Origin: a virus
IMG/VR virus record: IMGVR_UViG_3300046534_000937
Direction: 5' to 3' (one strand)
DNA length: 38,569 nt
Numbering within the stretch: position 1 is the first letter of the stretch; every line of letters begins with the position of its first letter. Positions 17,549-25,321 of this stretch are shown one piece after another. The notes below the pieces were generated by a model. It was given only the letters and a program-made list of their open reading frames with translations, was not told where the DNA came from and ran no database searches. Position numbers and translations under genes: made by a program.

Positions 17549-18693
17549 TAGAGCAGGCCCCTCTTTTCTAGGTATTGTTCTACTTCGGCTTGGCTTGGCT
17601 GTTGTGATAACAGACCTAGCCCCATTCCGCCAGCGGCCACGCCTGCGGATAGGTTGCTCAGGTTTGCGAGGCGCGGGTCAAAGCGGGCGAACTTGGACCG
17701 CAAGAGGCCGGGGCGCAACATAGCGATACTTTCTATCTCGTCTCCATCCGGCGTAAAATCATCGTCAAATCTTGCGCTGTCAAATCCAGCATTCAACAGG
17801 CCTTGGTGCGTCCCTCTTACATCATCAGAATACGTATCGTTTAGAGGCATCCATGAGTTGCGACCTGCTGCGTCCCGCATCATTCCAGACGCCTCTTCGT
17901 ATGCTTCAAACACCTCCTCCCCAGACGCGGTATTATCGGCACGCGAAAGCAATTTAGCCACCTGTGCATCTTCGCCGCCTCGGTCTAGCGCATATTCGCT
18001 AGCATCTTCGCCGCTGAATGCGTGATAAGACGCATCGCTTCGCGCAAAGCTCCTATCTAAACCAAACCCATCGCCGCCATGATAAAGCGGCGTGCCCGTA
18101 TCAAACCCCATCTCGTCAGCCCTCGCCATTCTGCTTGGCGTATCCATCGGCATATCAACGCCCGTTGCGCCTGTCTCGTAAAGCCGCATCAATTCCATGC
18201 TGTCGTTAGGGCCTAGTGCGCCCAGCATGTCGTCTGTGACCTCACTCCCGCGGCCCTCGCTTAGAAGGTTCGCTATCTCTTGGGCTGGGGTTTGGGGGGC
18301 GTCGGGGATTGCGTTGCCCGCATTGCTGCCGACTATTGACGGGTCATAAGCCCGCACCCCAGCATCCACCACAGACTCAACGCCCTGACGAACAGACGAC
18401 GCGCCGCCGGGCATAAGCATCATAGCGCCAGCGCCAGCCATAGCCGCGCCTGAAGCTGCTCTGTCCATTATGCTACGGTCGGGCGCAAACATATCACGGC
18501 CCGCCTGCTGCGCCTCTATGACGTCTGCGCCCGGAGACAGTAAGCCGCCCAATCGTGCGACGGCGTCAACGCGCGGATATAAATCAGGGCCGAGCAATCG
18601 ACGAGCGCCTTTTGCAAAACGCGCCTCGGCTTCAGACAAAGCTCGACTGCGTGCCTGCCCTGCATCGCTGCTGAAGAAGTCTAGTAGCCCCAA
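17548..18693 (-). CDS. Hypothetical 381-aa protein
   Basis: It has an acidic globular C-terminal half ending 'RSKFARFDPRLANLSNLSAGV' and a Gly/Ala hydrophobic patch. I cannot name a family. Confidence 0.5.
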   Translation of the reverse strand: MGLLDFFSSDAGQARSRALSEAEARFAKGARRLLGPDLYPRVDAVARLGGLLSPGADVIEAQQAGRDMFAPDRSIMDRAASGAAMAGAGAMMLMPGGASSVRQGVESVVDAGVRAYDPSIVGSNAGNAIPDAPQTPAQEIANLLSEGRGSEVTDDMLGALGPNDSMELMRLYETGATGVDMPMDTPSRMARADEMGFDTGTPLYHGGDGFGLDRSFARSDASYHAFSGEDASEYALDRGGEDAQVAKLLSRADNTASGEEVFEAYEEASGMMRDAAGRNSWMPLNDTYSDDVRGTHQGLLNAGFDSARFDDDFTPDGDEIESIAMLRPGLLRSKFARFDPRLANLSNLSAGVAAGGMGLGLLSQQPSQAEVEQYLEKRGLL

Positions 18694-18736
18694 GTGGCTG
18701 GCCCTCTGTCTTTGGTGTGCTGTGGGCTAATACTCA

Positions 18737-19114
18737 TTAAAACGGGCCTTGGCGCATACGCGGGTCCATCTGTGGTGCAGCGGGTGGCAAGATGCCAGCG
18801 GCGCGCATTGACTGCATAAGCGCTTCTAGGTCGCCGAGACCAATGCTGGTGATTTGCTCAGGCTGTGGGCCTGGGGCCATCATGCCGGGTTGTGGCTGCA
18901 TTGCTGGCGCGGGCTGTTGCATTGGGCGCATTTGCCCTTGCATGGGCTGGCCTTGAGCCTGTTGCATTGCCTGCTGCTGTCGGTCCTTCGACCCATAGGG
19001 CGAGAACATGGCATTGCCGAGCGACGACAATAACCCGCCGCCCTCAAACTTAGGGCCGGACATTCCGGCCCCGCCGCCGTCAATCATGTCCATAAAGCCT
19101 AGAAAATCTGCCAT
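18737..19114 (-). CDS. Gln/Pro/Met-rich low-complexity protein
   Basis: 125 aa containing 'QQQAMQQAQGQPMQGQMRPMQQPAPAMQPQPGMMAPGPQPE'. It lies directly downstream of terL. Confidence 0.5.
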   Translation of the reverse strand: MADFLGFMDMIDGGGAGMSGPKFEGGGLLSSLGNAMFSPYGSKDRQQQAMQQAQGQPMQGQMRPMQQPAPAMQPQPGMMAPGPQPEQITSIGLGDLEALMQSMRAAGILPPAAPQMDPRMRQGPF

Positions 19115-19153
19115 GTTCGCCCCTTTGTTGCAAACATAACACAGTGCGTGTGC

Positions 19154-20452
19154 TTAGGCTATCCCCTGCAAATTGCGGCGCAGCGGCTTGCGACCCGCCG
19201 ACACCTGCACCATATTGCGATACACCGCCACAAGGCCGAACGCATCAGCGCAGTGAGACGCCCAATCGTGGTCAGGGCCAAGGCCAATGTTTCGCACCGC
19301 ATCGCGCTTTTCGTGATACCAGCCCAAAGCCTCGCGCCCGCCTGCCGTTGTTTCCTCGTTAAACCGCACGGACGCAAACATCTGCCGAACAGCATCAATC
19401 CGCATAAGTGCAGCGCCAGCGCCCTGATTCTTGACCACATCGCAAGTAAAGCCAGCTTGCCGCAGGTATCCATCGGGCGTGACCGAAAACACCGTGTCGT
19501 GCTTCCGCCCGTCATGTGGCAGGACACAGACCGCATCGCCGTAGCCATTAGAGCGGAGCCAGTTAACGTGCGCGTCAAAGGGCTGGCCGACCGCTTCATA
19601 GTAATCCAAGCACCGAACCTCAGTGCCGACGAACTGCACAATCCAAATCGCAGTCGCATCAGACTTGCGAGACGTGCCGCCGATGTCAAAGATTGCATAC
19701 TTCTTAACCAGTGGGTCAGGTGCCACGAAGCCAATACGGCCTTGGAGCCGTGCGTCGGTTAGGTGGCGCGCGAAGTAAGCGCCCTCAAGGACGTTTGCAT
19801 ACTCGCCTTCCCAGATATGGCCGTAGCGCTCAGGCGTGGCGTCAAGGCAATCAACGCGCTCCTGCTTGAGCACGCTAGGCAACCACGGATTGTCAGACCA
19901 GTTGGCCCGAACAACTGTTGAGCCTGTGGGTGTGTTGTTGCCGCGAAGCAACATATCGACCGGGTCAAGCGCGCGGTGCGGGTTCCATGAAAACCAAAGC
20001 TCAGAGCCTTCCTTGCGGATTGTCGGGCGCAGCAACGTCATCGACCTGTCAGATAAAGCCTGTGCTTCTTCTACCCAAGCGCGGTCGAATCCCTCAAGCG
20101 ATTTAACGCTATCGGCTGTGTGGTCCTGCATACCTGTGAATGTGATTATGCCATCGCCAGGCGTTTCGATAACCTCGCGGTAGACCTTGAACCCCTCGCG
20201 CTCGCCGAGCCCGAACGTTGTGAGCTTGTCTTCTAGTAACCGCTTGGCTGATTGCTTTAGAGACTTCTGCACCTCACGAATGCAAACTGACCTCATGCTA
20301 GGGCTTCGTAAGTGGTCCTCAATCATCAGCCCGCCGAAGAAATGCGACTTGCCGCCCCCTCGCCCGCCCCACACCCCCTTGTAACGCGCCGGCTCTAGCA
20401 GGTCCACGAAAACGCCAGCCGTGGGAATCTTGAGTTTTAGCTTAGCGCTCAT
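19154..20452 (-). CDS. terL: Terminase large subunit
   Basis: 432 aa. The Walker A region is 'YKGVWGGRGGGKSHFF', with a nuclease-half-like C-terminus. It overlaps the small-subunit gene by 11 nt. Confidence 0.9.
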   Translation of the reverse strand: MSAKLKLKIPTAGVFVDLLEPARYKGVWGGRGGGKSHFFGGLMIEDHLRSPSMRSVCIREVQKSLKQSAKRLLEDKLTTFGLGEREGFKVYREVIETPGDGIITFTGMQDHTADSVKSLEGFDRAWVEEAQALSDRSMTLLRPTIRKEGSELWFSWNPHRALDPVDMLLRGNNTPTGSTVVRANWSDNPWLPSVLKQERVDCLDATPERYGHIWEGEYANVLEGAYFARHLTDARLQGRIGFVAPDPLVKKYAIFDIGGTSRKSDATAIWIVQFVGTEVRCLDYYEAVGQPFDAHVNWLRSNGYGDAVCVLPHDGRKHDTVFSVTPDGYLRQAGFTCDVVKNQGAGAALMRIDAVRQMFASVRFNEETTAGGREALGWYHEKRDAVRNIGLGPDHDWASHCADAFGLVAVYRNMVQVSAGRKPLRRNLQGIA

Positions 20453-20786
20453 CCGGCATCACTATAACCCGCTCAATGACCTGCGGTGTCATGCTGCCGT
20501 CGCTTGACGTGCTGTCGACCGATTGTTTAGGCGTCCCGTGGGCTCGGTCTTCGCTTTGCTTGAACAGGTTTAACGTGCCTGCGGATAGTAACAAAGCGTA
20601 GTCTTCGTCTGTGAATTTATCGGCCTGAAACTTAGCCTGCATTGAGGCTAGTATCTTTAGGCGCATTTTAGCGGCTATTTCAGCCGCTTTAAGCTCGTCG
20701 GCGCGTTGTGCTTTGGACTTGCCGCCGGGGTTTCCCGATACGCCCTTTTGAAACTGCGTGTCCTTTGGGTCTTTCTTGTCTGTCAT
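20442..20786 (-). CDS. terS: Terminase small subunit candidate
   Basis: 114 aa. The N-terminus 'FQKGVSGNPGGKSK' is the GNPxG-type motif seen in small terminases and DUF5681. It lies immediately upstream of terL and overlaps it. Confidence 0.55.
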   Translation of the reverse strand: MTDKKDPKDTQFQKGVSGNPGGKSKAQRADELKAAEIAAKMRLKILASMQAKFQADKFTDEDYALLLSAGTLNLFKQSEDRAHGTPKQSVDSTSSDGSMTPQVIERVIVMPDER

Positions 20787-21142
20787 GTCGGCCTCGCGTC
20801 ACGGTTGAAGCGTTCAACCTGCCGGTTATACCAATCTTGTTGCTGCGCCTCAAGCTGCGCGACCCGTTCTTTTACAGACGCCGCATGGTTGCCCCCGACG
20901 GTTCCATTAACAGCGCCGACGCTACTCATGACCGCGCCTACGACGCTCCCGTATACGTCGCCCCAGACGGTGCCGACAATATCGCCCCCGATGCACCCGC
21001 GTATATTGCCGCGAACGTCGCCACAAACATCCCCGTAGATATCGCTGTTTATGCTACTGATTTGCAACTGCCCGCAGTCATCTTCTTTGAATGTGACGAG
21101 GTTGGCAATCTTGGCGAGCATGCATTCTGCTGTGTCGGCCAT
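20783..21142 (-). CDS. Small protein with a period-6 G-D-[VI] repeat (beta-helix-like)
   Basis: I chose the start at ATG 21142, which has AGGAG 9 nt upstream. The repeat reads 'IYGDVC GDVRGN IRGCIG GDIVGT VWGDVY GSVVGA', followed by a coiled-coil-like tail. Confidence 0.5.
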   Translation of the reverse strand: MADTAECMLAKIANLVTFKEDDCGQLQISSINSDIYGDVCGDVRGNIRGCIGGDIVGTVWGDVYGSVVGAVMSSVGAVNGTVGGNHAASVKERVAQLEAQQQDWYNRQVERFNRDARPT

Positions 21143-21243
21143 TCGTTTGCTCTCCTGCCAGTCCGTCGCCGGGTGCTGGTCATGTTCTAGGTGCTTGCCG
21201 CGCAATGTAAGCCATTTCTGGCGAGAATGCTAGACTTGCCCGC

Positions 21244-21561
21244 CTAGGGTTTCGCTACGCCAGAAGACAAGGCAAACTCTGCCGCTGCTTCAAAGGTTGA
21301 TGCGCCAACGCAACAGAACCCGTTAGGTGTGTCAGGATACCATTGTATCGTCCACACGCTGTTTTCGGATATCGCTTTCAGCCTTTCCTCCTCGGAGGGC
21401 CAGTCAATGTGGTCATCTGTTTGCTTACCGCCATAGAACCCCCATTCATCTAGCCACCTTTGGGCCGTTGCATGGTTGCAAGCGTGGCAGTCATTGAACC
21501 CAATCGTCAAAGACGAAAACTCGCCATTTAGCAAGTCAAGTAACTTGGCCGGATTTGTCAT
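21244..21561 (-). CDS. Hypothetical protein
   Basis: The start at ATG 21561 is preceded by GAAGGGA. The protein starts MTNPAKLLDLLNGEF... Confidence 0.55.
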   Translation of the reverse strand: MTNPAKLLDLLNGEFSSLTIGFNDCHACNHATAQRWLDEWGFYGGKQTDDHIDWPSEEERLKAISENSVWTIQWYPDTPNGFCCVGASTFEAAAEFALSSGVAKP

Positions 21562-21604
21562 GGTATTCCCTTCGTGTTGTGGTGCGGGCATCCCGCCCGT
21601 TGGT

Positions 21605-21763
21605 CTAGCCGTCTACCGCTTGATTTAGCGCCATGATGGCCACGTCATAAAACTCTTCGTCGTCTATGTGCGCCGCGTCTTCCTGCATACGTTCGCGCAT
21701 CCAGTCCACTAGGTCGGCCTGTAGGGTGGCGCGGGCTTGGGCGCTGCGTTCATCTTTGGTCAT
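21605..21763 (-). CDS. Small acidic ORF (52 aa, below the ORF-track cutoff)
   Basis: Hand translation: MTKDERSAQARATLQADLVDWMRERMQEDAAHIDDEEFYDVAIMALNQAVDG. It starts 3 nt after the previous small ORF's stop. Confidence 0.4.
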   Translation of the reverse strand: MTKDERSAQARATLQADLVDWMRERMQEDAAHIDDEEFYDVAIMALNQAVDG

Positions 21764-21766
21764 GGC

Positions 21767-21910
21767 TCAGGTTTTAGGTCCGACAAGTGGCGAGTAAAAA
21801 TGCGACAGCGCTAGCATTAAGCACCTCCATCGCCCGAAGCAACCGAGGCTGCGCAGCTTTGGATACGTCATCCAAGCGGCGGCGAACTGGTTGCGGCGTT
21901 TTAGCTTCAT
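21767..21910 (-). CDS. Small basic ORF (47 aa, below the ORF-track cutoff)
   Basis: Hand translation: MKLKRRNQFAAAWMTYPKLRSLGCFGRWRCLMLALSHFYSPLVGPKT. A strong SD, AAGGGGAGAG, lies just upstream of the ATG at 21910. Confidence 0.3.
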   Translation of the reverse strand: MKLKRRNQFAAAWMTYPKLRSLGCFGRWRCLMLALSHFYSPLVGPKT

Positions 21911-22346
21911 GTCTCTCCCCTTGGGGTTAGATGCTTAGAATAGTTTGAGTGGGTATTCCTTCACCCAGAGCGCATGGGGTCCAATAGCCTAGCGACTATC
22001 CCCCTTGCCTTTTCTACCACTCACTGGGCCTGCTACTTTAGCACTTCCGCGCTCATGAGGTGTGATTGGCTAGGCGGGCTCCATACCGCGCCCCTGCTGT
22101 GGGCCCTATCACACCACAACAAAGCGGCTCTTAATCACCTTGCCCCATTGCGCGCGACGTTGCAAGCCTTGGGTGTAGCGGCCCGCGCACCTTCCACAAT
22201 GCGCGGGCGTGCCCGTCTCGTAGGCCATTCGACAACTCAACCGGGGAGAAAGGATTGGCCCAGCCGTTGTTGCGGGTGTATGCGCTGATATTGAGGGGAC
22301 AATGAACCCCCAAGAGGCGCGCGACCGTCCGCTGCGCTAAGTTATG
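21911..22346 (-). other. Long ORF-free, G+C-rich, hairpin-rich tract at the early/late boundary (candidate structured RNA, late regulatory region, or pac/ori)
   Basis: No credible ORF on either strand. Complementary pairs are GCCCGCGC (22181-88)/GCGCGGGC (22201-08), GGTGTGAT (22059-66)/ATCACACC (22108-15) and GCCTAGC (21987-93)/GCTAGGC (22069-75). Confidence 0.5.
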
Positions 22347-22661
22347 CTAGACCGCAGCGCCCTCGATGTCTACTGCGGCTTGGGGCACCTTCCGCCACTG
22401 GTCAATGAATCCTGCGCCTTGCATCCCTGCACATCCGTCAGTTTTCACTTTGACGCCTTCAGGTCGCGGGTTGACGGCAGTATTGCATCCCGTCACCTCA
22501 ACCCAAAACTGCACGTCTTTTTTTGTGACCATAATCCGGTCGCCAACTTTCAGACCCAGAGCGCGCAGACCGGCCCCGACAAGCTGCTTGTTTAGCTGCA
22601 CGGTTTGGGTCCGTAGCTGCTGAAGCTGTGCTTTGATTTCGTTCACTTCGTCCATATTCAT
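22347..22661 (-). CDS. Hypothetical protein
   Basis: I chose the start at ATG 22661 (ATGA overlap at 22658-22661). The N-terminus MNMDEVNEIKAQLQQLRTQTVQLNKQL looks like a coiled coil. Confidence 0.55.
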   Translation of the reverse strand: MNMDEVNEIKAQLQQLRTQTVQLNKQLVGAGLRALGLKVGDRIMVTKKDVQFWVEVTGCNTAVNPRPEGVKVKTDGCAGMQGAGFIDQWRKVPQAAVDIEGAAV

Positions 22662-22993
22662 GCCTCGTCCTCCTGCACAAAGCGCACGGCCTTGCCTCTT
22701 CTGTTCTTGTACCAACTTTCGCACCTCTCTTGCGTGCCATGACCCACGGGGCCAAACATTCCGCAATCAAACTGCCACATCCAACGCTCGGTCTTTACTT
22801 CTACTAGGTCTAGGGGGCCCTTTTCAACTTCCCAATGCTGACCTCGCTCGGTCCAACCGGACGACGCCCAATCTCCGTCTGTTCCAGAGCTCAAAACTGC
22901 CCCATGCACAGGATATTTCCCGCCAGCATCCACGTCATAGATCTGGACCTCTCGCCCGTCGCGGGTGCGGTATTGCTTGCTCATGTCAATCAT
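22658..22993 (-). CDS. Hypothetical protein
   Basis: 111 aa with ATGA overlaps at both ends. 'YRTRDGREVQIYD' is a common small-phage-protein N-terminus. Confidence 0.55.
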   Translation of the reverse strand: MIDMSKQYRTRDGREVQIYDVDAGGKYPVHGAVLSSGTDGDWASSGWTERGQHWEVEKGPLDLVEVKTERWMWQFDCGMFGPVGHGTQERCESWYKNRRGKAVRFVQEDEA

Positions 22994-23229
22994 GACGTTT
23001 CTCCTGTTGGTGCCTTACGCGCCTCTAGCATTGCGTCGGCTACCTCGTAGACGTGAGGCGCAACACATTGCACAATGTAAGCAGCTTCCATTGCGCTACC
23101 TCGAACGCCATTGCAAAAACCCGCCAAAGCCTGCCCCGCAAAGTAATCGCGCAGGGTCATGCCAGAATCGCCGCCATGTTCCCAGTTTCCATATGCGAAC
23201 GCTGGACCGCCGTTTTCATCTTCGCTCAT
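22990..23229 (-). CDS. Hypothetical protein
   Basis: 79 aa. 'GMTLRDYFAGQALAG' recurs in small phage proteins I have seen. ATGA-coupled. Confidence 0.55.
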   Translation of the reverse strand: MSEDENGGPAFAYGNWEHGGDSGMTLRDYFAGQALAGFCNGVRGSAMEAAYIVQCVAPHVYEVADAMLEARKAPTGETS

Positions 23230-23708
23230 CGTGTCGCCTCCATAAACTCAGTTACAACGCCCAGCGCCTCAGCTTGGACAAACAACCGCGCCTTTTCCGT
23301 GCGCCAGTAGTCACGGCCTGCCAAGTCCGGCTTGTGGTGTATCGCCCATTGGTACGCATCAAGACTGTCAGCGAATTTCAGGCGGTTAAAGTTCTCGCCC
23401 GTCGCTTTTGGGCAAGCATCGCCCCAAACATCCGCCATCGCCTGCGCCTCAACCTTCACAAGCCAATCAGCCACGTCCGCGGGCATTGAACGCTTGAGCG
23501 GCGATGGTAGGTCAGCCGTTTCAGACTCGCCGTCGTCGTGGATTAGCGCGTGACATGCTAACTCAAATTCCTGCGGCCATAATGCTAGGCATATCCGCGC
23601 CACGCGGCCTGAGTGCCCGTCAACGTAATCGTTTGTCAATGACAAGTCCGCGTTGGTGTGCCATCTGCGCACCCGTCCAGCGGCAAAGATTGCTTTGAGC
23701 CTGCCCAT
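23226..23708 (-). CDS. HD-domain phosphohydrolase (YfbR / 5'-deoxynucleotidase-like)
   Basis: 'RRWHT...DGHSGRVARICL' and 'HALIHDDGESETADLPSPLKR' match the RW..(E)HS and HD..E..TGD.P.P.K motifs. Confidence 0.7.
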   Translation of the reverse strand: MGRLKAIFAAGRVRRWHTNADLSLTNDYVDGHSGRVARICLALWPQEFELACHALIHDDGESETADLPSPLKRSMPADVADWLVKVEAQAMADVWGDACPKATGENFNRLKFADSLDAYQWAIHHKPDLAGRDYWRTEKARLFVQAEALGVVTEFMEATR

Positions 23709-23710
23709 GT

Positions 23711-24034
23711 CTAAACCTCCCTCATGTGGATAATATCGCCGCCGAACCGGTCAGCGTATTCCTTTGCGCCTGCCTCTGACAGCGCCATGGTCCCAACTAT
23801 CCAGCGCTCGCCAGCAGGTGCCGCAGCAACCTCTTTGTGTTGCTTCACCACGCGGAAGGCCCCCGAGTATCCAAGCCATGAAATTTGACGCGCTAGGCAT
23901 GTGTCGGAATTCCGGTTGGAATATAGCATCTTGACCTTGCTTTCGGGGTGTACCGGCATCACGCCTTGATTGTGCCCGTGCCACTCGCCGTCGTTCACGT
24001 CGAACAAAAGCGGCGTTGCGTCTATCTGGGTCAT
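23711..24034 (-). CDS. Hypothetical protein
   Basis: I chose the start at ATG 24034 (ATGA overlap at 24031-24034). The protein starts MTQIDATPLLFDVNDGEWHGHNQ... Confidence 0.55.
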   Translation of the reverse strand: MTQIDATPLLFDVNDGEWHGHNQGVMPVHPESKVKMLYSNRNSDTCLARQISWLGYSGAFRVVKQHKEVAAAPAGERWIVGTMALSEAGAKEYADRFGGDIIHMREV

Positions 24035-24228
24035 GTTTTCACTCCCCAAAAAGTAAGGAACAACACAAACGCAATCACTATCAGCATTTGAACAATTAAA
24101 GACAGTTTGGCCTCTTGGCTTATCTTTATCTTAACAGAATACGGAATCGGAATGGCCATAAACTCAACATATTCAACTCCAATTGAAACCGTGCATTTCT
24201 CAGAAAAAGCCTTCCATCGCGCTATCAT
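24031..24228 (-). CDS. Small membrane protein encoded in an AT-rich islet
   Basis: 65 aa with a C-terminal TM 'LSLIVQMLIVIAFVLFLTFWGV'. ATGA overlaps occur at both ends. My hand count gives about 38% G+C, against about 57% in the adjacent 60 nt. Confidence 0.6.
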   Translation of the reverse strand: MIARWKAFSEKCTVSIGVEYVEFMAIPIPYSVKIKISQEAKLSLIVQMLIVIAFVLFLTFWGVKT

Positions 24229-24491
24229 GTCGTCACCCGTGGCGCGTTGTGGAGGTAGCTCGTGTTGTTGCGCAGCACTTCGTTAATGCTAAGAACGCCC
24301 TGAGTGCGAAGGGAATATATAGCGGTGTCCGTCGCGGTCTTTGACACCTGCCTGCGGTACGGCCTTAGCCATCCGCCTTTGGTCGAGTTGTTGAGGCGCA
24401 GCATGATGTCGGCCACCAGGCGCGGCTTGCCGTCTGACATGATAGCCTCGACCGCCTCAATCTGGCATGGCTCTGTGGGTTGTTTTGGCAT
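24225..24491 (-). CDS. Hypothetical protein (possible winged-helix fold)
   Basis: 88 aa, ATGA-coupled to the downstream gene. Confidence 0.5.
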   Translation of the reverse strand: MPKQPTEPCQIEAVEAIMSDGKPRLVADIMLRLNNSTKGGWLRPYRRQVSKTATDTAIYSLRTQGVLSINEVLRNNTSYLHNAPRVTT

Positions 24492-24538
24492 CTGGTTATT
24501 CCTGTTGGTGGTGGTGGCGGGGCTTTACGCTGCCGCCT

Positions 24539-24742
24539 TCATGATGCGTCGCAAGCGTTATTAGCCATCGTTGTGGCGATAGTGATAGTGTGACCCGCGC
24601 GACGCGCGGCAACAAAAGCGGCACGGAAAGGCAAGTAGCGCGCCTCCTCCTCTTCCTGTCGCTGCGCCTCATACTTTGCAGCGCGACGTGCGGCTTCCTT
24701 GCGCATCTTTGTTTCGACGGGCCATTCGTAAAGTGCGGTCAT
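24539..24742 (-). CDS. Hypothetical small charged protein
   Basis: 67 aa with an R/E/A-rich helix. It is the first gene after promoter-like motif copy 1. Confidence 0.5.
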   Translation of the reverse strand: MTALYEWPVETKMRKEAARRAAKYEAQRQEEEEARYLPFRAAFVAARRAGHTITIATTMANNACDAS

Positions 24743-24800
24743 TGTCTCGGTTCCTTTGGCTGCGTTTGTGTTCCTGAGATATGTTTAACGCTCACACTGC

Positions 24801-24823
24801 CTTTGCGCAAGCGCTAAATCACC
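24801..24823 (-). promoter_or_regulatory. Promoter-like motif copy 1 (GGTGATTTAGCGCTTGCGCAAAG on the minus strand)
   Basis: It shares ATTTAGCGCTTGCGCAA with 34005..34023 and GGTGATTTAGC with 26258..26276. It is intergenic, with the TTGCGC hexamer about 62 nt upstream of the ATG at 24742. Confidence 0.4.
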
Positions 24824-24829
24824 ATCGGG

Positions 24830-25321
24830 CTAAATAATATCAGTGCCCCGCTTAGCCAGCACGCCGGACTTGATTAGCAAGATGATATCTTTGCTGACCG
24901 TCGTAGCCGATGCCCCCACCTCGCGTCCTATATTCGCGTTGGACATGCCCAGCTTGTGCAGCTTAGCGACCTTGGGGCGGCGAGCCTTGGCCTTTGCTGA
25001 CCGAAGCGGCGCGGATAGCCCCATGTCCCTCGTCACAAGCCCAGCTTTTAGCAATGCCGCGAAGTCATTGCGGACGCTGTAATAGCTAATTCCCATATGT
25101 GTTGCGACCTGCTGGCGTGTCAGCCCTTCGTTAATCAACACAAGAACCTCGGCTTGGCGCTTAGCAATTGCCTCTGCCGATGTGTGCTGGCGCTGGGGCT
25201 TTTCGCGTGGCTCGTCGTCAGCCCCTGCTAATGCCGCTAGCATGGCCTTGGCGATGTCGCCCTCGATGCTGGTTGCGTATGTGCGATTGAGCGCGAATGC
25301 ATGTGAAATATCTGGTCTCAT
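24830..25321 (-). CDS. DNA-binding protein with two HTH units
   Basis: 163 aa. 'EGLTRQQVATHMGISYYSVRNDFAALL' and 'LGMSNANIGREVGASATTVSKDIILL' both look like LuxR/sigma-region-4-type HTHs. Confidence 0.55.
   Translation of the reverse strand: MRPDISHAFALNRTYATSIEGDIAKAMLAALAGADDEPREKPQRQHTSAEAIAKRQAEVLVLINEGLTRQQVATHMGISYYSVRNDFAALLKAGLVTRDMGLSAPLRSAKAKARRPKVAKLHKLGMSNANIGREVGASATTVSKDIILLIKSGVLAKRGTDII

Noticed and set aside
19148-19968. ORFs 19148..19762 (+), 19159..19734 (-) and 19759..19968 (-) inside terL
   Set aside because: The terL frame carries the Walker A motif and spans the full length. These are alternative or antisense frames.
21618-21627. A fifth occurrence of GATTTAGCGC (plus strand) considered as another promoter-motif copy
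   Set aside because: It lacks the TTGCG(C/G) half, lies inside a minus-strand small ORF and points antisense to all nearby genes. It is probably a chance match or a remnant.
21974-22313. A 104-aa plus-strand ORF and a 60-aa TTG-started minus-strand ORF in the long non-coding tract. A 37-codon ATG ORF (MAYETGTPAHCGRCAG...) was also considered.
   Set aside because: None has an SD sequence, the compositions are not protein-like, and the frames cross the strongest hairpins. I treat the tract as non-coding, though a micro-ORF cannot be excluded.
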